A stretch of 35,982 nt of DNA, taken from NCBI GenBank assembly GCA_964404695.1, contig CAYOKY010000001.1, forward strand, positions 1 through 35,982, in the 5' to 3' direction. The notes beneath the pieces were generated by a model. That model saw only the letters and a program-made list of their open reading frames with translations, was not told the origin of the DNA and ran no database searches. Of this stretch, positions 13,833 through 21,000 are shown piece after piece. Numbering within the stretch: position 1 is the stretch's first letter; each line of letters opens with the position of its first letter. The DNA comes from Candidatus Micrarchaeota archaeon (GTDB lineage: Archaea; Micrarchaeota; Micrarchaeia; Anstonellales; JAGGVH01). The position numbers and the translations under genes are program-made.

Positions 13833-15404
13833 TTTGACTTTTTCCTTGTCCATAGAGTTTATGAATGGGATTAATCTTGGTCCTTTATCCTTTCCTGTTA
13901 TGCATTGATAAGCGCCTTTAAAGAAGTCGCCGAGCTTGATCTGGTTATCTTTGCAAATTTCTTTTATTGCTTTAACCTGTTCATCTTCGTTTTTGTCCAA
14001 TTCATGTGTAAACAGTTCTAACGCCTGCTTTACATTATTCTCAAGTTTTTCTTTAACCTTAGTATTTTCTTCTTTGGTGAGCATAATTAGTTTATAACTC
14101 TCGTCAGCATAACTTTCAATCCAGTTTTTGGATAGTTGTAACCTTCTCCTTGCAAATTCTTCATTTTTATTATTAACATGTCCCAGTTCTCTTAATCTTT
14201 GAATTGCCGTGTCTTCGTCCAGAATTTGTATTAACGTTGCGCAGAACGCATATGCCGGCTTTTCAATGTATTCCTTTGGTGGTTTCAAGTGCATAGCCAT
14301 TTCATACATCCTTTTGATACTTTCCTTTTTCTGTTCGCTGTATGGGCTGTTGTCTTTGCCAAAATAAATCTGTTCTGCCTCGTCAAACTCGTCAACTAAT
14401 CTGTGAATGTGTGCAAGTTCAAAATCCCTTTGCTTTTCCGGTCGTTTAGTATAATAATACAAGAATTGTTTAGGTTCAATTATTTTCATCATGTCCTGGA
14501 CGATATAAACGTTTCCTTCGCTCGCGCTCATCTTTTTGCCGTCAACTAGAAAGAATTCGTATACAAAAGGTATTGGTGGTTCATGTCCAAATATCTTGCG
14601 TGAAATGACTTTACCAGATTTCCATGACCCTTCAGCGTGATCCTTGCCAAATGGTTCATGTGTTGTATTGAACAATGCCCATAATGCTGGCCATTCAAAT
14701 CGCCATTGAAGTTTACCTTTGCTCCATTCTATCCAGCCGTCGTGACCACAACCTTCAGATTTCTTTTCCTTGATAGCTTTCCCGCCACAAACAAAGTGCA
14801 CCTTTTTGGTTTCCATGTCTATAGCATCAACGTTTGCCAACCGTCCACACTTTGGGCAGATTGCGTCAAATGGGATATAATTTTCATCTTTGGTCTTTTG
14901 AAAACTGCTAATAATTTTGCCTGCGAGTTCTCTTTTTGTAAATGTCATTTCAATGAACTTTTCCATTTTACCTTGGTTGTAAAGATCGTTGAGGGAATAA
15001 AGTTGTACTGGGATTTTAAGTTGTTTTAAACCGGACATCCAGACCTTAGTGAAATGTTCTGACCAGCTATTACAACATCCAAAAGGGTCAGGGACGCTAA
15101 ACAGCGGTTTGCCTAAATGTTCATTAAATTTTTCTTTATCTATTGTATGCCATTTGCCTTCCAGGTCTGTAATTCTAGAGGGTACATTTTTTAACGGGTC
15201 GCGATCGTCGGTAGTATGAACAAATTGACATTCATTACCTCTGTCAATGACTCCTAAATAAACAAAATAAGCTCTTACAACATCATTTAGATTACCAATA
15301 TGTTTGCCACCGCTTGGTGTTTGTTGGCATTTAATGTTTACGATTGTATTTTCCTTTTTTGCACGTTCAATACTTTCTTCTGCAAGTTGGTCTGCCCAAA
15401 ACAT
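13809..15404 (-). CDS. lysK: Lysyl-tRNA synthetase, class I
   Basis: MFWADQLAEE start, TPSGGKHIGNLNDV (HIGH-type motif) and KMSASEGN (KMSKS-type motif). 531 aa. SD AGGTGAT lies 5 nt upstream. Confidence 0.9.
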   Translation of the reverse strand: MFWADQLAEESIERAKKENTIVNIKCQQTPSGGKHIGNLNDVVRAYFVYLGVIDRGNECQFVHTTDDRDPLKNVPSRITDLEGKWHTIDKEKFNEHLGKPLFSVPDPFGCCNSWSEHFTKVWMSGLKQLKIPVQLYSLNDLYNQGKMEKFIEMTFTKRELAGKIISSFQKTKDENYIPFDAICPKCGRLANVDAIDMETKKVHFVCGGKAIKEKKSEGCGHDGWIEWSKGKLQWRFEWPALWALFNTTHEPFGKDHAEGSWKSGKVISRKIFGHEPPIPFVYEFFLVDGKKMSASEGNVYIVQDMMKIIEPKQFLYYYTKRPEKQRDFELAHIHRLVDEFDEAEQIYFGKDNSPYSEQKKESIKRMYEMAMHLKPPKEYIEKPAYAFCATLIQILDEDTAIQRLRELGHVNNKNEEFARRRLQLSKNWIESYADESYKLIMLTKEENTKVKEKLENNVKQALELFTHELDKNEDEQVKAIKEICKDNQIKLGDFFKGAYQCITGKDKGPRLIPFINSMDKEKVKLLFSSKE

Positions 15405-15461
15405 ATAATCACCTCTAATGGTTTAATACGTATGCCTATATGCCTCAAAATGAAGCAGAAA

Positions 15462-16028
15462 TCATTTATCGTGAGGTACAGTAAAAGGTTCAATCTTTTT
15501 GACTAATACTTTTAATGCCTGTTTAATTTCTGCTTCTTCTTTACAGCCTGCGATAATAATCTTTCCGTTTTTGAAAAGTAAGAATGAACATTTAGGTTTA
15601 GGTATCCTCATAATTGCCCCAGGGAACTGTTCAGGTTCATATTCAACTTCCGGAATCTTGGTTGTTATTTTGTAAAGGTCAATCCCTACTTTTAAGTTGC
15701 CCGAACTAACAATATTGACAACAGTGTATTTTGGAACATACCTCTTGGGTACTTTGGTTTCTGAGTATGGCCCAATTAATTTAAAAGCAACTCTTAATGC
15801 TTCTTTGATTGTGTCTTCGTTTTTTGCACCTGCAACAATGACTTTGCCGTTTTTGAAAACTAACAAAGAAACCCGGGGTTTAGTAAGTTTAATGATCGCT
15901 CCAGGGAACTGTTCAGGTTCATATTCTATGTCTTCCATCTTCATTGCAAGTTTGAACAGGTCTAATGTTACGGGGATAGAGCCATAGGATACAATATTTT
16001 GAATTTCATACGTAGGTTTAATTTTCAT
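15462..16028 (-). CDS. tbp: TATA-box binding protein
   Basis: Two internal repeats (IQNIVSYGSI...EYEPEQFPGAIIKL..PRVSLLVFKNGKVIVAGAK and VVNIVSSGNL...EYEPEQFPGAIMRI..PKCSFLLFKNGKIIIAGCK). The start is re-called to ATG 16028 because the GTG at 16037 lies inside the SD AGGTGA. Confidence 0.95.
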   Translation of the reverse strand: MKIKPTYEIQNIVSYGSIPVTLDLFKLAMKMEDIEYEPEQFPGAIIKLTKPRVSLLVFKNGKVIVAGAKNEDTIKEALRVAFKLIGPYSETKVPKRYVPKYTVVNIVSSGNLKVGIDLYKITTKIPEVEYEPEQFPGAIMRIPKPKCSFLLFKNGKIIIAGCKEEAEIKQALKVLVKKIEPFTVPHDK

Positions 16029-16151
16029 AAGAATCACCTATAAGTTTATATATAACTTTTATAAGTCAATGGTAAGCTTTATAAACTGTTGGCATAAGAA
16101 ATTATTTATTAGTTTTAATATTAATTTAAGGTATAATTTAAGGTGATAATT

Positions 16152-16508
16152 ATGAAAAGATCTAAAGGTAAGTTGTGTGGCAAAACACGAACAATGGCAA
16201 GAGGTATCAAGGTAATTACTGTTAATCAACATTTTAAGACTTTTGAACCCGGTGAGAGTGTATTGCTTAAGTTTAAACCAAAAGATATGTTAAAATATCC
16301 ACATGCGAGATTTAATAAAAAGCACGGTGTAATTGTCAATAAACAGGGTAATGCTTACAAAGTTAAACTTAAGGATGGCAATAAAATAAAGTATTTGGAT
16401 ATTACACCCATACATTTGGAACGTTCAGTTTCAAAAGCTCCGAAAACTAAAACTGCTAAGGTAAAAACTGAACCTAAAACTAAACCTAAATCCGAGGCGA
16501 TTAAATGA
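16152..16508 (+). CDS. rpl21e: 50S ribosomal protein L21e with Lys-rich C-terminal extension
   Basis: MKRSKGKLCGKTR..., FEPGESVLLKF, YPHARFNKKHGVIVNKQGNAYKV and ITPIHLE. The start is re-called to ATG 16152 because GTG 16143 is inside the SD GGTGAT. The stop overlaps the rpoF ATG (ATGA). Confidence 0.85.
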   Translation: MKRSKGKLCGKTRTMARGIKVITVNQHFKTFEPGESVLLKFKPKDMLKYPHARFNKKHGVIVNKQGNAYKVKLKDGNKIKYLDITPIHLERSVSKAPKTKTAKVKTEPKTKPKSEAIK

Positions 16509-17161
16509 TTGGTGAAGAAGTAATATCTAAACGTAAGGTGTCTGTAGTAGAAACATTAGACTACCTGAATGAACGTAAAAAGATCGGTGCATTATCCTAT
16601 GAACAACAGACTAGTTATGATTATTGTAAGAAGTTTAGTTATTTGCCCAAAGAGCAGGTTAAAGAACTCATTGCGAAATTGATGGAAAAGGGATTGCCCG
16701 AGGATATTGCTGTTAATATTGCAGATGTTTTTCCTGGTCATGAATCTACATTAAGTGTTATTATTTCTAAACATACTGTTGATATTAAAGAAATTCAGGC
16801 AATTTTGGATGAATATCGTGAGATTTCTAAAGAGTATAGGCAAACATTAGATATTGAAATCATTGAAGAAAAAGAAGCAAAGGATAATGAAGCCAAGGAA
16901 AAAGAAGCCAAGGAAATTGAAGATAAGGCCAAGGCAAGTGAAGTTGAGGATACCGCTGAAGTTGAGGACAAAGAAAAATCTAAGGAAACTGCGGACAAAT
17001 CTAAGGATAAAATAGTTGAAACTGAAGAAAAGGTTAAAATCAAAACTAAAGCTAAGGCAAAATCTAAAACAAAAAAACAACCTGAATCTGATGAAGCTGA
17101 ACCGGTTAAGAAACCCAAAAAAGCCAAAAAAGCCAAAAAAGTGAAGAAAGCTAAGGAATAA
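16505..17161 (+). CDS. rpoF: DNA-directed RNA polymerase subunit Rpo4/F with about 110-aa K/E-rich tail
   Basis: The N-terminal ~105 aa (VSVVETLDYL...SYEQQTSYDYCKKFS...VKELIAKLMEKGLPEDIAVNIADVFP) resembles archaeal RpoF. Its position between L21e and DUF655 matches the conserved archaeal gene order. The tail is EKEAKDNEAKEKEAKEIEDKAK...KKPKKAKKAKKVKKAKE. Confidence 0.75.
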   Translation: MIGEEVISKRKVSVVETLDYLNERKKIGALSYEQQTSYDYCKKFSYLPKEQVKELIAKLMEKGLPEDIAVNIADVFPGHESTLSVIISKHTVDIKEIQAILDEYREISKEYRQTLDIEIIEEKEAKDNEAKEKEAKEIEDKAKASEVEDTAEVEDKEKSKETADKSKDKIVETEEKVKIKTKAKAKSKTKKQPESDEAEPVKKPKKAKKAKKVKKAKE

Positions 17162-17368
17162 TCTTTTTGTTAAAAAGCAAAAGAATAAAAAACCTGACTT
17201 GTTATTAATGATATATAAGGAAACTATAAACTATTGGAAAATAGATAAATATAAATTATAGGTAAAGTAAATAATATAAATATATGAAAAAAATTTATAT
17301 GGGAATATAAACTATGAGAAAAATAGGATAATGTCTCTGAGAAATAAAATTATATATAGGTGGAAAAT

Positions 17369-17920
17369 ATGATGATGGAAGAATATGGTTATGTATTGGA
17401 CTTTATGCCGGAAGGAAGACATTCGGAAGGGTTAAGGGAACCTATAGCTTATGTTATTGGTGAATCATATTTTACTCCTTTGGAAGTTAGCATTAAACCT
17501 GATCTTGATATTAAATTGGAAAGTCGTATAGTTGTTGGGAGAGATGACAGGGAACAGGTTTTAAGGATTAAAAGAAGGGTAGGCTATGATGATCTGACTT
17601 CAACTGCGAGAAATACGTTGGAAAGGATAATCTCAGTTATTGTTGAGAAAAATGAACAAAAGTTTGTTGAATTTGTAAACAAATGTGGTCCAATCACTAT
17701 GCGCCAACACCAGATTGAACTTTTACCTGGCATTGGCAAGAAGCATATGAGAGAAATATTAGATGAGCGTGACATTAAACCGTTTGAAAATTTTGAGGAC
17801 ATGAAGGAAAGGCTGACGCTTTTCCCGGACCCTTTACAGATGTTTTCACACAGGATTTTAATGGAACTTAAAGGCGAAGATAAATATTTCCTGTTTGTTA
17901 AACCGTATCATAAGCAGTAA
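17369..17920 (+). CDS. DUF655 family protein (OB fold plus helix-hairpin-helix, putative RNA/DNA binding)
   Basis: YGYVLDFMPEGR...EPIAYVIGESYFTPLE and ...FVEFVNKCGPITMRQHQIELLPGIGKKHMREILDER..KPFENFEDM...DPLQMFSHRILMEL. The start is re-called to ATG 17369 because GTG 17360 lies in the SD AGGTGG. Confidence 0.85.
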   Translation: MMMEEYGYVLDFMPEGRHSEGLREPIAYVIGESYFTPLEVSIKPDLDIKLESRIVVGRDDREQVLRIKRRVGYDDLTSTARNTLERIISVIVEKNEQKFVEFVNKCGPITMRQHQIELLPGIGKKHMREILDERDIKPFENFEDMKERLTLFPDPLQMFSHRILMELKGEDKYFLFVKPYHKQ

Positions 17921-17933
17921 GTTGTTCACCGGA

Positions 17934-17961
17934 TTTTTTTAATTTTTAATTTTCTTTTTTT
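17934..17961 (+). terminator. Oligo-T termination region after the DUF655 gene
   Basis: T7 (17934-17940), T5 (17943-17947) and T7 (17955-17961), all within 45 nt of the stop. Confidence 0.4.
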
Positions 17962-18021
17962 CTTTGTTCCAACTTCTTATTTTCATATCTCCTTTTGTTG
18001 TTAAAAATGGTTAAAAGAAAG

Positions 18022-18030
18022 GTTTAAATA
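18022..18030 (+). promoter_or_regulatory. TATA-like box GTTTAAATA for the 1711-aa gene
   Basis: Preceded by a purine-rich AAAGAAAG (BRE-like), about 45 bp upstream of ATG 18070. SD AAGGTGAT lies at 18058-18065. Confidence 0.35.
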
Positions 18031-18069
18031 TCCCTCTCCACATACTTTATACTATAAAGGTGATTATTT

Positions 18070-21000
18070 ATGGCTAGAAATGATGGCGACCCCCCAAATG
18101 ACGAATCTGGTAATTCCAGTGAAGTCACTGATAGACGTTTTGATGAAGAACAACAATTATGGATTATTAGAACTTATTCAGATGAAACCAAATCCAGGAT
18201 AACAAAAACTGTATTTTTTAATCCTGATAATGTAAAAACAGGAATGAGGGAAATGTATTCAGATGATAGAACCAAGTATACTCATTATTACAATGACGGG
18301 TCAATAAGAACAGAAACCATTTATTCTGCAGAAGGCAAAGAAAGATATTTTGACGATGGTATTCTAGAAAGTCGTATTAATTATTCTAATAATGGCAAGA
18401 AATATGTAATGCATGAATATTACCCTGGCGGAAATGATAAAACTGATATCCATTATCATGATGACGAAACTGTAAGTTCTATAACTAATTACAATCCTGC
18501 CGGCAAAAAACAAAGTAGTATTCGCTATAATGAAGAAGGCAAGAAAACTTCTGAAGATGGATATTATCCAGATGGAACCAGACAAATAGAGACATTTTAT
18601 AATGATGATGAAACTGTAAACTTCATAAACTATTTTTATCCAAACGGCAAAAAAAGCAAATATGTTTCTTATCATAATGGTGAATCTTTAAGTAGTGAAA
18701 CAGAGTATAATGAGCAAGAAGAAAAAATCCAGGTTATTAATTATTATGATGATAGGTCTAAATCAGTTGAAAATTATGAGTATACAAGTGAAATGACTAT
18801 AACAACGACAACAATGTTTAATACTGACGATGAGCAAATCAAGATGGAAGTTGAAACCCGTAAAAATGATGACAATTTTATTGGAGAACTAATTGCAAAA
18901 CGGGTATATGATAAAGGGGTCTTGACATACAATTTTGTAACTGGTTTGGATACTGGTTCTGTGTCAACTGAGTTTTATTATAAACCTGATAGCAATGTCC
19001 CTTCGTTTGTAAAAAGATTTGATGATTTGAATGGAAATGTTAGAAAGTTACAGTTTGATGTTCGTGAAGAAAATAATAATTTCTTTAATAATTTTTTTAT
19101 AAATGAAAATAATATTCAATATGCTTATTATCATAATAAACAAGGGAAATTGAATAACATTGTAATTAGAACCTATAAACAAGTTGAAGGATCAGAAAAG
19201 CCGGTTGTGGTTAAATACGAGGATATTAATATGTCTTCAGGCAAAAAAACAACCCAAGAATATAATGATGATGGCACTAATAAGGGAAGAAAACTGAAAG
19301 AGAAATTAACTGCAGAAGCAATTAATGATTTTAAACAAAATTTATATTCTGTGTATGAAGAAGTAAAACCTGAGCTTGAAGCTTTTGCTGACAATCTTTT
19401 TATTATTACAAGTAAAAAGGTTGATGTAAGCATTTTGAGTTATGAGGCACATAACAAGGAAACTGAAATTTTTGTTGCTGAACAAAAAAGAAAAGAAACT
19501 GTCAAAGTAAATAACACTGAATTGAAAAGGCTTGGGAATGAGTTGGCAGAAATAGTTGCTAAAAGAACTTGGGAAGATTATCCTAACCTGGTTAATAAAA
19601 TCAAGGAAATTAAGAAAATTGCGGAAATAGGTGTTGAAAACAATTCTAAGCCGGCTAAGAAAATATTAAAGAAACTTGATTGGATATTGTTTGCTATTGA
19701 TGAACATGAACAAATGGCTGGCGATGTAACATCTATTCCTAAAAATAAACTTAGGGCAGATATTGTTTCTGCTGTTGAGAAGATTCCTACTTACATTGAT
19801 AAAGTTGTAACTAAATCTGAAGATACAAGAACTACTGGGGAGAAATTAATGCAGTTTATGAAACAACCCAGAACCTTTAGAAAACGTAAACCAGTGGACA
19901 CATTTGAGGAAGTAAATAAAGAAGTAAATGAAGAAGTAGTATTACCTGTAGGTGATGCAGTTGTTGCTGCAGTTGTTGGTGCAGTACCTGTAGAAGCACC
20001 TGTTGATACAGTATCTGACCCTATAGCTGAAGTAGTAGAACCTGTAGATAAAACTCCCGTAGAACCAACAAAACCAAGTGATAAAACACCTATTATTATT
20101 GCTGTTCCTGAAACTGATATCGAGCTTGCTTCTATTTTAAGTGCAGAAGATGGTTTGGAAAAGTATGATCTTTTACAGCAATGGGTTGAAAGGAAATATC
20201 TTTTGGCAACCACTCTTAATGACGTTGAACGAAAGTTGAATGAAACACTTAGGTTGAACGATGCAAACTATGCAGATTTACTTTTGGAAAATTTAAATGA
20301 CACTAAACAAATGCTTGATTCTGAAGATGCAAGTATCTTTGAAGATAGAATAAAAGATCTGATTAAATCTGTTAATGGTAAAAAGGAAAAGGAATTGTCT
20401 TCATCTAACGCTACAGATCTATTTAATTATGAAATAAAATTATTTGACGACCTAGTTGGTTCAATACGAAAAAGTAAAATCGAAAATGCTGAAAATATTT
20501 TATTGTATTTCAAGGGTCAAATTGAAACAATATACAATGATATAAATGATTTGGGTGCATATACTGAAGAAAAAGTAGATGGTAAAGAAAAAGTAGAAAA
20601 AATTGCAGAGGTTTATATTGACCAAACAAAATTAGATAAATTGTCAACAGTTGTCATTAAAACATGCGGTTTGATAAATAATATGCATCTTAATTCCAAA
20701 TCTGTAAAGGGATATCAGAAACTTATTGACAACATTCTTCAATGCAAGATTAGTTTGAATGATCTGCCTCCCACTAATACAAATGGAATTAAGAAAGAAA
20801 CCTTGAAAATGGTTAATTTATTGAAAACTGCCGCCGGTGAAAAGAAAATTAAACCTGTTAAACCTAAAAAAGAAAAAAATAAGAACGCTGAAAAAGCAGA
20901 AAAACTTGAAGTTGAAGTTGTATTTAATTCAAATGAATTTGAAGTTTTCAGTAAGTTTGCTGACCTTTTGGTTGCAAAGGAAAAGCTCAAAAAATCAAAG

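Noticed and set aside
16037-16037. GTG start codons proposed by the ORF track at 16037(-), 16143, 17360 and 30638
   Set aside because: In each case the GTG is the GTG of the GGTGA Shine-Dalgarno itself, and an ATG follows 5-9 nt downstream. I moved the starts to 16028, 16152, 17369 and 30647.
16795-17136. Antisense ORFs opposite the RpoF K/E-rich tail
   Set aside because: This is a low-complexity mirror of the sense-strand repeat. The sense frame is continuous with the RpoF domain.
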